Below, piece by piece: positions 54,480-63,654 of a stretch of 64,000 nucleotides of DNA; the first letter of the stretch is position 1; every line of letters starts with the position of its first letter. Source of the DNA: an uncultured Thermoplasmatales archaeon (GTDB lineage Archaea > Thermoplasmatota > SW-10-69-26); the NCBI GenBank assembly GCA_964396185.1, contig CAYNEI010000005.1, forward strand, positions 19,842-83,841, given 5' to 3'. The position numbers were made by a program, and so were the translations under genes. The notes under the pieces were generated by a model, which searched no databases, was not told the origin of the DNA, and saw nothing but the letters and a program-made list of their open reading frames with translations.

Positions 54480-54906
54480 TCCCCCCCAACACGGTGAGCG
54501 CGGTCATGAGGGTCTCGGGGATGGGGAGGGTCAGCCCTACGGGCTCGAGCATGCCGAGCACACGGATGCCCAGGCCCGTGAACATGATGATCAGCGCCCA
54601 GCGCACCATGCCATGCGTGATGCCCGGGTTCAGGCTGCCCTTCCCACCCGAGGGATCGGGCACGCTCTCTCGGACCTGGATCGTGCGGGCTTGGGTTGGG
54701 TTCGCATCGGCGCCCACGGGTCCGGTGGGTGGATCGAAGGGGGTCTGGCAGACCCTGCACCGCTCGTCGGGGGCCGTGAGGACCTCGCCGCAGCGGCTGC
54801 AGCGGGGGCGCTGGCCACCTGTGAGCAGTGGTAGGCCCACGACGAGGATCGCGACAGCAGCCACCACGCCCGTGACGATGAGCGCGAGGGTGAGGAAGTC
54901 CATCAC
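54439..54906 (-). CDS. small membrane protein with a cytoplasmic zinc ribbon
   Basis: N-terminal TM helix, CSRCGEVLTAPDERCRVCQ zinc ribbon, then two TM segments. The C-terminus ...GGIAAFVGFVVLDIA is encoded inside repeat R3. Confidence 0.45.
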   Translation of the reverse strand: MMDFLTLALIVTGVVAAVAILVVGLPLLTGGQRPRCSRCGEVLTAPDERCRVCQTPFDPPTGPVGADANPTQARTIQVRESVPDPSGGKGSLNPGITHGMVRWALIIMFTGLGIRVLGMLEPVGLTLPIPETLMTALTVLGGIAAFVGFVVLDIA

Positions 54907-54968
54907 CGTGGCGTACCCCCTCGTCTGATTTGAGGCTTCGCCCTGGTCACGCGCTCGTCACGTCCTGG

Positions 54969-56285
54969 TCACGTGATGGTGATGCTGTCGGTCATGCCGA
55001 GCTGGTAGTGGCCTGGGATGTCGCACCACCACTCCCACTCGCCCGCCTCGTCCTCGGAGGGCGTGAAGATGAGCGTGGCGGACTCGCCCGCCTGGAGATC
55101 CCGGGTCTCGTAGAGGACCTCCTCGCTCCCGCCCGCTTCCGATGGGTTCCCGATGAAGAGGTTGTGGACCGTTCCTCCTTCGTTGACCACGTTGAGCAGG
55201 TAGGTCTGGCCCGCCTCGAAGGTCGTCGTCGAGGACTCGATATCGAAGTCCGTGAGCGAGACCGTCATGGTCTCGGCCTGGACCACCTCGAGCTCAGCGC
55301 TGGCATCTCCTGCTGTGAGCGTGTACGTTCCAGCCTCGAGGGTCGTGTTCAAGGTCGCGGTGGCGCCGGGCTCGATCGAGCCCGTGGTGCCGTTGGCCTC
55401 GACCCCCTCGATCGCGAACTCCGTGGCGCTGGTGGCGTTGTTGGTCACCCGGAACTGGATGTCTGCGTCCGCCACGGCGGTGGCAGCAGAGAGCTCAAGG
55501 CTCCCGTCTCCGATCTGGACGTCGATGGTCTGGTCGGCCCCGACGTCGACGACCTCCCCGCGCTTCTCATCGAGCCAGGTATCGAAATCCTGCTGGGGAA
55601 CCGCCTCGAAGGCCGCCCGCATGTAAGCATGGTTGAAGCCGCAGAACTCTGCGCACTTGAGCAGATACTCGCCCTCGGGCACGTTGCTCCAGAAGAACTG
55701 GTGCTCGCCGGGCGTGGCGTCGACCTTGCCGCCGAACTCCGGGACCCAGAAGCTGTGGATGACATCGCCAGCTGTGACGTTGAACACGACGTCTGTGTTC
55801 GCCGGTATTTGGAACGGTTCCTCTCCCTCCAAGCTCCCTGTGTCGGGGTCTGGCTGTTGGTTGAGGATCACGCCGTTGCCGTAGTCGACCTGCCAAAACC
55901 ACTGGAACCCGGTGACCTGTATCTCCATCGTGTCGTTGGCATCCGGTTGCTCGTTGAGGTCGACCATGCCAGCGTAGGCCACGAACCCGAGCCAGACAAC
56001 GATGATCAGGGGGATGATCGTCCAGACCGCTTCGATGGCGAGGTTGTCACGGTGTTCCTCGTTGGTCCGGCGGCCGGAGCCGTTCGCTCGGAACTTGACG
56101 AGCGTGACGGCGAGCCAGACGAAGAAGATCAGGAAGACGATCAGACCGGCGAAGAGGACCTGGGTGTACGTGTCTTGGATGAGATCCATCCGGGAGGTGA
56201 CGGGGTCCGGGAGGCCCCAGGCCGCCATGGCCGTGGGGGCGAGCAGCAAGCCGGTCACGAGGGCGGCGATGGGGGCCGATCGCAT
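54969..56285 (-). CDS. coxB: cytochrome c oxidase subunit II (CuA) with a C-terminal fused cupredoxin (halocyanin/plastocyanin-like) domain
   Basis: Signal peptide plus two TM helices. CuA site HSFWVPEFGGKVD...CAEFCGFNHAYM. An extra roughly 190 aa C-terminal beta-sandwich domain ends in a type-1 Cu ligand pattern WWCDIPGHYQLGM. Confidence 0.85.
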   Translation of the reverse strand: MRSAPIAALVTGLLLAPTAMAAWGLPDPVTSRMDLIQDTYTQVLFAGLIVFLIFFVWLAVTLVKFRANGSGRRTNEEHRDNLAIEAVWTIIPLIIVVWLGFVAYAGMVDLNEQPDANDTMEIQVTGFQWFWQVDYGNGVILNQQPDPDTGSLEGEEPFQIPANTDVVFNVTAGDVIHSFWVPEFGGKVDATPGEHQFFWSNVPEGEYLLKCAEFCGFNHAYMRAAFEAVPQQDFDTWLDEKRGEVVDVGADQTIDVQIGDGSLELSAATAVADADIQFRVTNNATSATEFAIEGVEANGTTGSIEPGATATLNTTLEAGTYTLTAGDASAELEVVQAETMTVSLTDFDIESSTTTFEAGQTYLLNVVNEGGTVHNLFIGNPSEAGGSEEVLYETRDLQAGESATLIFTPSEDEAGEWEWWCDIPGHYQLGMTDSITIT

Positions 56286-56403
56286 GGGGTCTCGGCCGGC
56301 TGAAGCAGGCCCCTGTTCAAAAGCGTTGCGCGCTGCGTGCGACGAATGCCCATGCAGCCCATCGTTAAGGTTTTCTAAGGGTGCCCCTTAGTCGCCGGCG
56401 ACC

Positions 56404-58002
56404 ATGGCAGACCATGCCCACGAGTCCCCATCTGGTCTGAAGCGGTGGCTGACCACCACCGACCACAAGGAGATCGGCATCCTCTACCTGTGGGCTGCCA
56501 TCGCGTTCTTCCTGCTGGGCGGCGTCGCGGCGCTCGCGCTGCGTACAGAGCTCTTCTACCCGGGCCGCACGATCATGGGCCAAGGTACGTTCAACGAGCT
56601 CTTCTCGCTGCACGGCACGATCATGGTGTTCCTGTGGATCATGCCAGCCATGGCTGCCTTCGGGAACTACTTCGTTCCCCTCATGCTCAAGGCGCCGGAC
56701 ATGGCCTTCCCCCGGGTCAACGCCCTCTCGTTCTGGCTGCTCCCACCGGCAGGCCTGATGCTCATCGCGGGCATGCTGCTCCCCGCCATCGGCCTCGTGG
56801 ACCCCGGGTCCATGACCACCGTCAACGTCGGCTGGACGGGCTACCCACCCCTCTCGGTCCAGGACACCGCCAACATCGGGCTGGACTTCTGGCTGGGAAG
56901 CCTCATCCTGCTCGGCATCTCGTCCACCTTGGGCAGCGTCAACTTCCTGGCCACCATCTTCGGCATGCGAGGCGAGGGCGTCACGTTCCACAACATGCCG
57001 CTCATGTGCTGGGCCCAGATGGCTACAAGCATCCTGCTCGTCTTCTCCCTGCCGGTCGTGACCGTGGCCTTCCTGTTCCTCTTCTTCGACCGCAACCTGG
57101 GCACGAGCTTCTTCATCGGGGCCGGCAGCGACCCCATCCTTTACCAGCACCTCTTCTGGTTCTTCGGCCATCCGGAGGTCTACGTGCTCGTCTTGCCAGC
57201 CTTCGGCATCATCTCGGAGGTGATCCCCAAGTTCAGCGGCCGCCCTGTGTTCGGCTACCACTCCATGGCCTACGCGATCATCGCCATCGCGGTGCTCGGG
57301 TTCCTGGTGTGGGCCCACCACATGTTCACGACCGGCATGGACCTCACCGCCCAGGTCGGCTTCATGATCACCTCTTTGGTCATCGCTGTGCCCACCGGCA
57401 TCAAGGTGTTCAACTGGCTGGCGACCATGTGGGGGGGCGTGCTGGACATGAAGCCGCCGATGCTGCACGCGGTGGGCTTCCTGTGGCTCTTCGTCATCGG
57501 TGGGATCACAGGCATCATGCTGGCCATCGTGCCCCTCGACTACCACCTGCACGACTCGTACTTCGTCGTAGCCCACTTCCACTACACCATGGTAGGCGGG
57601 GCCATGTTCGGCATCTTCGCCGGCTTGTACTACTGGTGGCCCCGCATGTTCAGCGGGAAGATGTACAACATGGCGCTGGCCAACATCCACTTCTGGCTCA
57701 TGTTCATCGGGTTCAACGTGACGTTCTTCCCGCAGTTCCTGCTGGGCCTCCAGGGCATGCCGCGGCGGTACTTCGACTACCTCCCCGAGTTCACCGCCAT
57801 GAACCAAGCTTCCACCATCGGGGGCTTCATCATCGGGGCCAGCATCCTCGTCTTCCTGATCAACGCGGCTTGGAGCTTCACCCGGGGACCCGTGGTCCAC
57901 GACGACCCGTGGGGGGGCGCCTCTCGGGTCGAGTGGGAAGGGGACGAGTGGAAACCCACGCCTGGCGTGGGCAGCCCCGTGCAGACCGAGGAGGTGTCCT
58001 AG
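56404..58002 (+). CDS. coxA: cytochrome c oxidase subunit I (heme-copper oxidase catalytic subunit)
   Basis: 532 aa. WFFGHPEVY and canonical His ligands. 12 or more TM helices. Confidence 0.95.
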   Translation: MADHAHESPSGLKRWLTTTDHKEIGILYLWAAIAFFLLGGVAALALRTELFYPGRTIMGQGTFNELFSLHGTIMVFLWIMPAMAAFGNYFVPLMLKAPDMAFPRVNALSFWLLPPAGLMLIAGMLLPAIGLVDPGSMTTVNVGWTGYPPLSVQDTANIGLDFWLGSLILLGISSTLGSVNFLATIFGMRGEGVTFHNMPLMCWAQMATSILLVFSLPVVTVAFLFLFFDRNLGTSFFIGAGSDPILYQHLFWFFGHPEVYVLVLPAFGIISEVIPKFSGRPVFGYHSMAYAIIAIAVLGFLVWAHHMFTTGMDLTAQVGFMITSLVIAVPTGIKVFNWLATMWGGVLDMKPPMLHAVGFLWLFVIGGITGIMLAIVPLDYHLHDSYFVVAHFHYTMVGGAMFGIFAGLYYWWPRMFSGKMYNMALANIHFWLMFIGFNVTFFPQFLLGLQGMPRRYFDYLPEFTAMNQASTIGGFIIGASILVFLINAAWSFTRGPVVHDDPWGGASRVEWEGDEWKPTPGVGSPVQTEEVS

Positions 58003-58767
58003 ATGGCATCCGAGACCTCAGGAACCGTGGAGTACCAGCTCCCACACGGCAGTTGGTGGCCCCTCTGGGTCGCCCTGGCCATGACCCTGCTCATGCTCGG
58101 CTTCATCCTGCCCGGTCCCGTGCTCTGGATCGGCGCAGCCGCCTTCGCCTTGGCTGGCCTGGGCTGGCTCCACGAGGACGTGCTCTGGTGGGACGAGCGC
58201 ATCGGCACCGGGCCCGGAGCCGGACGATGGGGGGTCATGCTCTTCATCGGCAGCGAGATCATGATCTTCGGCGCCCTCTTCGCGACCTACTTCAACTTCC
58301 GCGCCGACGCCCTCGTCTGGCCGCCTGAGGGGACCCCCCACCTCCCCATCGGAACCACCGGGATCTTCACGATCATCCTGCTGACCAGCGGGGCCACCAT
58401 GCACTGGGCCCACACCGCCCTGCGCCTCGGGGACATGAAGAAGTTCAAAGGCCACCTGATCCTCACCATCGTGCTCGGCGCCATCTTCATGGCCGGCCAA
58501 GTGTCCGAGTACAACCACCTCATCCACGAGGGCATGACCCTGACCGACCACCCATTCGGCACAACGTTCTACATGCTCACAGGCACCCACGGCCTCCACG
58601 TCCTGGCCGGCCTCTTCGTGCTCTGCCTGGTCGCCTGGAGAGCCTTCTTCAACGACCAGTTCGACGCCGAGCGCCACGTCCTGCTCGAAGCGGGCGCGAT
58701 CTACTGGCACTTCGTGGATTTGGTTTGGGTCTTCGTCTACGCCATCATCTACCTCAATTGGGTCTAG
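58003..58767 (+). CDS. coxC: cytochrome c oxidase subunit III
   Basis: 254 aa with 7 TM helices. Start overlaps the coxA stop. Confidence 0.85.
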   Translation: MASETSGTVEYQLPHGSWWPLWVALAMTLLMLGFILPGPVLWIGAAAFALAGLGWLHEDVLWWDERIGTGPGAGRWGVMLFIGSEIMIFGALFATYFNFRADALVWPPEGTPHLPIGTTGIFTIILLTSGATMHWAHTALRLGDMKKFKGHLILTIVLGAIFMAGQVSEYNHLIHEGMTLTDHPFGTTFYMLTGTHGLHVLAGLFVLCLVAWRAFFNDQFDAERHVLLEAGAIYWHFVDLVWVFVYAIIYLNWV

Positions 58768-58788
58768 AGATGGCGTAGACGAAGACGA

Positions 58789-58839
58789 ACCGAACGCTCG
58801 ACCCAGCGCCGACTGCGCGATCCGGGTCGAGCGTTCGGT
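58789..58839. terminator. 15-bp perfect inverted repeat hairpin between convergent coxC and the VIT-VWA gene
   Basis: accgaacgctcgacc ... ggtcgagcgttcggt with a 21-nt loop, 22 nt after the coxC stop. Further short palindromes follow. Confidence 0.35.
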
Positions 58840-58945
58840 GAAGTCGCGACGTCGACCGGCCGACCCCCGATAGGGCGAAGGCCGGTCAACGTCGCGCTCG
58901 CATCGCCATGACCGGCGCTTGCTTCCGGCGCTGACGCCCACCTGC

Positions 58946-60964
58946 TTACACCCGTCGCCTGACCAACGCAACCGCGAGCATCGCCACAAGCACACCGCCC
59001 ACGCCGAGCGCGGGCGTCTCCTGCGGTTCCTCCTCGGTATCGTCGCCGATCTCCTGGGCGTCGTCGCCATCCGCCCCATCTGACCCGGCCCGGCTGTCGC
59101 TTCGCCAGCCGGCTGGCACCCCGCTCGTGCTGTCCGCGACATCCGAGTCCCCGGCTGGGCTCCCGACTGATGAGCTCACCCGGTGGTCTCCATCGGCCTG
59201 GTCGCCAGCACCGTCGGCATCGCTTCCGGCATGGATGTCCTGCTCTGGCAAGTCGAGCACGAGGCTTGTGTGGTCGGTCACGAACCCATGGTCCAGGGCG
59301 AGCTGGGTGGCTTGCTCGACGAGGGTCTCGTTGGCGCCGTGTGCGTCCAGGGTGTCCTGGATCGTTCGGATGCGGTGGTAGGCTACGAGGCGGCCGACGT
59401 CGATGGCCTTGTCATCCCTAGCGATCTTGTGTTCGAGCTCGTGGGTCACCGGTCCCTGGGAGCTCTGGGCATGCACGGTGGCGTTCAGCCAGCGCGCGTC
59501 GGCTGGGAATGTTCCCAAGAGGAGCAGCTCGCTACCGGCGTACAGGATGGGCGCAGCGGTGGCGGAGGCCTCGATGCCTGGTCCGTAGGCGATCTCCAGG
59601 TTGTGTAGCACAGGCGTGGTGAGCGCGCCCATGAACCGGGCGAGGTCGACCTCGGCCCCCGTTCCTGCAGGCACGCGGTGGGCCACGCCCTGGCCGTCTT
59701 CAGCCAGACCGTGGATCAGACCCCAGTCCGCGCCAGCACCGAAGGCAAGCCCGTAGATCGTCGCGTTGCGGGCGTTGGCGTTGCGCGCTAGCCCCCGGAG
59801 TTGGTCCTCCGTGCTCGCGGCGTGTCCATCGGTGAGCACCACCAGCGCCTTCAGGCGGCCGTCCTCCTGGGGCTCGGTGGCGTTGAGGGCCGCGAAGCCG
59901 TCCTGTAGACCCAGGGCCAGCCGCGTGCCGCCGCCAGCGAAGGTCGCATCGATCTCTGCCATGGCCTCCTGGGCTGTGTGCTCGTCGACATGCGCCATGG
60001 CATCCCACGGTGAGCGCACGGCAGACGAGAAGAAGCTGAGGTGGAGGCGGTCATCAGCATCGAGCATGCCGACCACCTGGCGTGCAGCGTCCTTGAGCTG
60101 GTCGATCTTCTCGCCGCTCATGGACCCGCTGGTGTCCAGCACCAGCACGAGGTCCAACGGGAGCTCGGCCTGACCGGGTGTGGCCCGGAACCGGTGCGCG
60201 AAGAACCCGGTGCCGTCGTGGACCGTGGTGACCACGGAGCCGGGCTCGCCGGTCGGATCCAGGGCGTAGTGGACATCGAGCTGGGTGGGATCCTCGAGGC
60301 CACGGGGGCCGACGTTGTAGGAGAGCTCGTAGCCGCCGGCGGCCTGTGAGACGCCAGCGCTGGGCTCGCTCCACAAGGCCTGGACGCCATCGGAGTGCTC
60401 GACCTGGACGTGGATCTCAGCGCCCGTGTCTTGGCCGAAGCTCGATACCGGGGCCTCCAGCGGCAGGGTGTAGATGCCTCGGTCGGCTGAGAGGTACTGC
60501 TCGTAGGTGAGCACGGCCCGCAGGGATTCGGTGGCCTCCACGTTGACACGGTAAGCGTACACGGAAGCGCCGCGGTGCTTCTCGACGAGGCCGGCCGAGC
60601 GCTCCTCTTGCTTGGCCTGGTCGTACTGCTCGCGAGCAGCGCCCCGTTGCTCGATGGTCGCGTTGTACACGGTCCCGTCCCTCTCGATGGTGAGCCCGGT
60701 GATCATGGCGTCATCCGGGACCCGAACCTCGAATGGGAACTCGGGGTCGGGGCCTCGGTTGTCGATCTGGGCGATCACCTGGACCGTGGCGTAGTTGTCC
60801 ACCACGTGGGCATCCACCGTCGTGTGGACGAACCACACCTCCCGACGCTCCGGGGCGTCGTCCTGGCCGAGGGCAACCCCGGTGAGCGGGGACACAAGGG
60901 TGAGCAGACCGATGGCGATCGTGAGCAAAGCGCGGGGGCGAGTCGTAGGCTCCTCCTCTCGCAT
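58946..60964 (-). CDS. secreted/membrane-anchored VIT (vault inter-alpha-trypsin) plus von Willebrand factor A domain protein with C-terminal TM anchor
   Basis: Start is taken at MREEEPTTRPRALLTIAIGLLTLVSPLTGVALG (signal peptide). VWA MIDAS motif VLDTSGSMSG. C-terminal Asp/Gly-rich linker, then LGVGGVLVAMLAVALVRRRV. The track ORF start (GTG 61156) would abut the divergent gene. Confidence 0.8.
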   Translation of the reverse strand: MREEEPTTRPRALLTIAIGLLTLVSPLTGVALGQDDAPERREVWFVHTTVDAHVVDNYATVQVIAQIDNRGPDPEFPFEVRVPDDAMITGLTIERDGTVYNATIEQRGAAREQYDQAKQEERSAGLVEKHRGASVYAYRVNVEATESLRAVLTYEQYLSADRGIYTLPLEAPVSSFGQDTGAEIHVQVEHSDGVQALWSEPSAGVSQAAGGYELSYNVGPRGLEDPTQLDVHYALDPTGEPGSVVTTVHDGTGFFAHRFRATPGQAELPLDLVLVLDTSGSMSGEKIDQLKDAARQVVGMLDADDRLHLSFFSSAVRSPWDAMAHVDEHTAQEAMAEIDATFAGGGTRLALGLQDGFAALNATEPQEDGRLKALVVLTDGHAASTEDQLRGLARNANARNATIYGLAFGAGADWGLIHGLAEDGQGVAHRVPAGTGAEVDLARFMGALTTPVLHNLEIAYGPGIEASATAAPILYAGSELLLLGTFPADARWLNATVHAQSSQGPVTHELEHKIARDDKAIDVGRLVAYHRIRTIQDTLDAHGANETLVEQATQLALDHGFVTDHTSLVLDLPEQDIHAGSDADGAGDQADGDHRVSSSVGSPAGDSDVADSTSGVPAGWRSDSRAGSDGADGDDAQEIGDDTEEEPQETPALGVGGVLVAMLAVALVRRRV

Positions 60965-61006
60965 AGGACCCCCATGGCATCCGAGGGTCCATGAAGGTCT
61001 CAAATC

Positions 61007-61025
61007 CGTTCGGCCCCGGCCGAAC
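61007..61025. promoter_or_regulatory. palindrome gttcgg-N7-ccgaac (copy 1), candidate ArsR-type operator
   Basis: gttcggccccggcccgaac in the divergent intergenic region. Confidence 0.4.
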
Positions 61026-61090
61026 CCTGTACAACCCATGGATTGCATCTGCAAGCCCGCTAACCCCCCTCCCAGTACGGGCGGCCAGGT

Positions 61091-61108
61091 GTTCGGTCCC
61101 CGCCGAAC
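61091..61108. promoter_or_regulatory. palindrome gttcgg-N6-ccgaac (copy 2), candidate ArsR-type operator just upstream of the TATA box
   Basis: gttcggtccccgccgaac, with ctataaat at 61122-61129 and the ATG at 61159. Confidence 0.4.
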
Positions 61109-61121
61109 CCCTTGCACAGGG

Positions 61122-61129
61122 CTATAAAT
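61122..61129 (+). promoter_or_regulatory. TATA box for the ArsR-TM gene
   Basis: ctataaat 30 nt upstream of ATG 61159. Confidence 0.4.
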
Positions 61130-61158
61130 GCAGGCGTCGAGTACAGGGGTGAGCACGC

Positions 61159-63342
61159 ATGCCGGAGGACCTCCCCCTCGAGCCGGATCTGATCAAGGTC
61201 CTCGCGTCGGACACGCGCAGGGGGATCCTTGGCCACCTCACCGAGCGCCGGATGACCGTCACCGAGCTCGCCCGGGAGACCGGGTTGGGCAAGGCCACGG
61301 TCCACGAGCACCTCAAGAAGCTGACCCTCGCCGGCCTCGTGGATCGAGACGAGGACGACCGGCTCTGGGTCTACTACGAGCTCACCCCCCGCGGCAAGCG
61401 GATCCTGAACCCACAGCGCACCCGGTTCTACCTGGTCATCGGTGTGACCGTGCTGGCAGGCATCGCGGCTGTGCTGGCCGCCGTGCTCTTCTTCCAGGCC
61501 AGCACGCCCGGCGCGCCACTCGACGACGGGCTCGCGGTGTCCGTCGAGGACCCCACGGTCTACGCTGGCGAGCCCATCGCCTTCGAGGCCCTCATCACGG
61601 GAGCACAGGGCTCCTCCACGGATGTGCAAGCCTACCTGCTTGACGAGCAGGCCGCTGAGCAGGTACGCCTGGGCCACCGGGACGTCCGCGGGATCCCCTT
61701 GGAGTCGACCGGGGCCAAGGCGGCGTTCGGGACAGACAGCGCAAGCTCAGCTGACGGCATGGATGCAGACGATGGTCCCGACGACAGCCGTGGCACCGGG
61801 CTGCAGGAACCCTCCAGTGAACCGACGCGGACGGCCTTCCGAGCATCCACGGATCTCGCTGCAGGCACCTACTACGTGTTCGTGCGCGGCCCCAGCGGCG
61901 TGGACAACCGAGCCTCCATGCCTGCCCTCCAGGTCGCCGCCCTGGAGACGACGCCATCTCATGCGCCGTGGTACCGGGGCCTCTCCGAGACCCTCACCGT
62001 GAACGTGACGAGCAGCCAAGGACCCGTGGATGGGACCCTGATCCTCGAACCAGCCGAGCCCGCGGCCACAGGCGAGCAGGCCGTTGCCGACATCGTCGAA
62101 GGCACCGCCCAGTTCAGCCCTGCCACCTTGGATGCCCTCCCTGCCGGGCTCTACACGGCCCGCGTCTTCGTCGATGTGACCGAGCGGTGGCACAGCATCG
62201 AGCGAGCTGTCGAGATCGCTACGCCGGCCATCGCAGTGCAGCCCACGCATCTGGCCGCCTGGCAACCGGCCCAGGTCCACATCTCCTCCCCCAGCCCAGG
62301 ATCGGGTCTGGTGATAGACGTGAACGCGACCCACGTGCTCGACCGCGCCGACCACGCCCAGGGCACCCAGCTCGTGCTCGCGGCCGCCGAGCCAGGCGTG
62401 GTGGAGCTGACCGTCGGACGCCTCTCGACCCACCGGGTCACCGTGCATGCCACCCTCGAGGCGGTGCTGGAGGTCCACGACGGGCCCCGGTGGCTGCTCC
62501 AGGTCCGCACCCCCTCCGACGATGCTGGCCTGGCCGATGCCCGGGTCCTGCTCGACGGCCAGGCCGTGGGCCAGACCGACCCCTCGGGGGAGATCGAGCT
62601 CCCGGTCCCCGATCCCGGCTTGCATGTCCTTGGCGTGGAGCATCCGAACGGCTCGGTGATCGAGCACGTGCTCCACGTGGAGGGCTGGATGCCTGAGAGC
62701 GCCCTGGGCGGACTGGCACTCACCGTGGAGGAGGAGGCCAGCACCCCAGGCCGCGCTGGGCTCGAGATCACCCTTGAGAACGCCCACCCAGCAGCCCAGC
62801 CCACCTCTCTGGAGGTCATCTTGGATGGGCGCGTCGTGAGTGCACGCAGCCTCGTGGTCCCCGCGAACAGCTCCATGCTCGCCCAGGTGTCCATCCCCGT
62901 CACGTCCCAAGGCGTGTTCACCTTCGATGCCGTCGCCTCCCCGTTCCATGCTCTCGAGCTCATCACCCACAACGCGAGCCAACCGCCCGCAGCCGGAGAT
63001 GATGGAGGAGCCGATGGTGAGGATGGTGCAGACGGCGCCGACGACGCTGACGATGGCGACGATGGCGACGATGGCGACGATGCCGCTGGGGCGCCCGAGG
63101 CCGCCGGCGCCACCGCCGACCCGGGCCTAGCGGGTGGAACGGTCCAGATCGCCCTTGGGGGCACCGGGGACACCGGTGATGATCGGGCCCTGCTGGCAGA
63201 GGAGACAGGCGTGCCCGTGTTCGGCGACGACGGCTCGGCTGCAGCGGATGAAGCCCATGAGACCCCTGGGCCTGGCTGGCTGCCGGTCCTCCTGGTCGCG
63301 CTCGGCTGCGCAGGCGCGGTGGCTTGGCACCGGCGTCGTTGA
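61159..63342 (+). CDS. membrane-spanning ArsR-family winged-helix transcription regulator fused to a large (about 600 aa) extracellular domain with a C-terminal TM anchor
   Basis: N-terminal LIKVLASDTRRGILGHLTERRMTVTELARETGLGKATVHEHLKKLTLAGLV (ArsR/SmtB-type HTH). TM helix FYLVIGVTVLAGIAAVLAAVLFF. Beta-rich ectodomain, Asp/Gly-rich linker, then PGPGWLPVLLVALGCAGAVAWHRRR (PGF-CTERM-like). Confidence 0.75.
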   Translation: MPEDLPLEPDLIKVLASDTRRGILGHLTERRMTVTELARETGLGKATVHEHLKKLTLAGLVDRDEDDRLWVYYELTPRGKRILNPQRTRFYLVIGVTVLAGIAAVLAAVLFFQASTPGAPLDDGLAVSVEDPTVYAGEPIAFEALITGAQGSSTDVQAYLLDEQAAEQVRLGHRDVRGIPLESTGAKAAFGTDSASSADGMDADDGPDDSRGTGLQEPSSEPTRTAFRASTDLAAGTYYVFVRGPSGVDNRASMPALQVAALETTPSHAPWYRGLSETLTVNVTSSQGPVDGTLILEPAEPAATGEQAVADIVEGTAQFSPATLDALPAGLYTARVFVDVTERWHSIERAVEIATPAIAVQPTHLAAWQPAQVHISSPSPGSGLVIDVNATHVLDRADHAQGTQLVLAAAEPGVVELTVGRLSTHRVTVHATLEAVLEVHDGPRWLLQVRTPSDDAGLADARVLLDGQAVGQTDPSGEIELPVPDPGLHVLGVEHPNGSVIEHVLHVEGWMPESALGGLALTVEEEASTPGRAGLEITLENAHPAAQPTSLEVILDGRVVSARSLVVPANSSMLAQVSIPVTSQGVFTFDAVASPFHALELITHNASQPPAAGDDGGADGEDGADGADDADDGDDGDDGDDAAGAPEAAGATADPGLAGGTVQIALGGTGDTGDDRALLAEETGVPVFGDDGSAAADEAHETPGPGWLPVLLVALGCAGAVAWHRRR

Positions 63343-63596
63343 CCCGCCAGCTTGAAGGCCCGCGGCTGCCTGGCCTCGTCGTGACGCCCAAGGAGGCTGG
63401 CCGCCGGCTGATCCTGCTCTCCCTGCCCTTCCTCGGCTTCGGGCTGCTCATGGCCATAGCCCCGCCCTTCCGAGAGACGCTTGGCCAGGCAGCCGGCGTG
63501 GTTCAGGCTCTGGGCGTGGCCCTGGTCCTGCTGGCCCTGGGCGCGATCTTGCTCGGCGTTTACCTGGCGGCCGAGCGCGACGAGCGCAGGCTTTGA
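63324..63596 (+). CDS. small two-TM membrane protein, hypothetical
   Basis: 90 aa. Overlaps the upstream gene end by 19 nt. Confidence 0.3.
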   Translation: MAPASLTRQLEGPRLPGLVVTPKEAGRRLILLSLPFLGFGLLMAIAPPFRETLGQAAGVVQALGVALVLLALGAILLGVYLAAERDERRL

Positions 63597-63654
63597 CCGG
63601 ATCGTGCTCGCTCCTCGCGGCAGGCTCAAGAGGAGACGCCACGTTCGGGGCCCG

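Noticed and set aside
60964-61156. GTG 61156 as the start of the VIT-VWA gene
   Set aside because: It would place divergent start codons 2 nt apart with no promoter. The internal Met at about 60964 precedes a classic signal peptide and leaves a 195-nt regulatory region containing the TATA box and palindromes.
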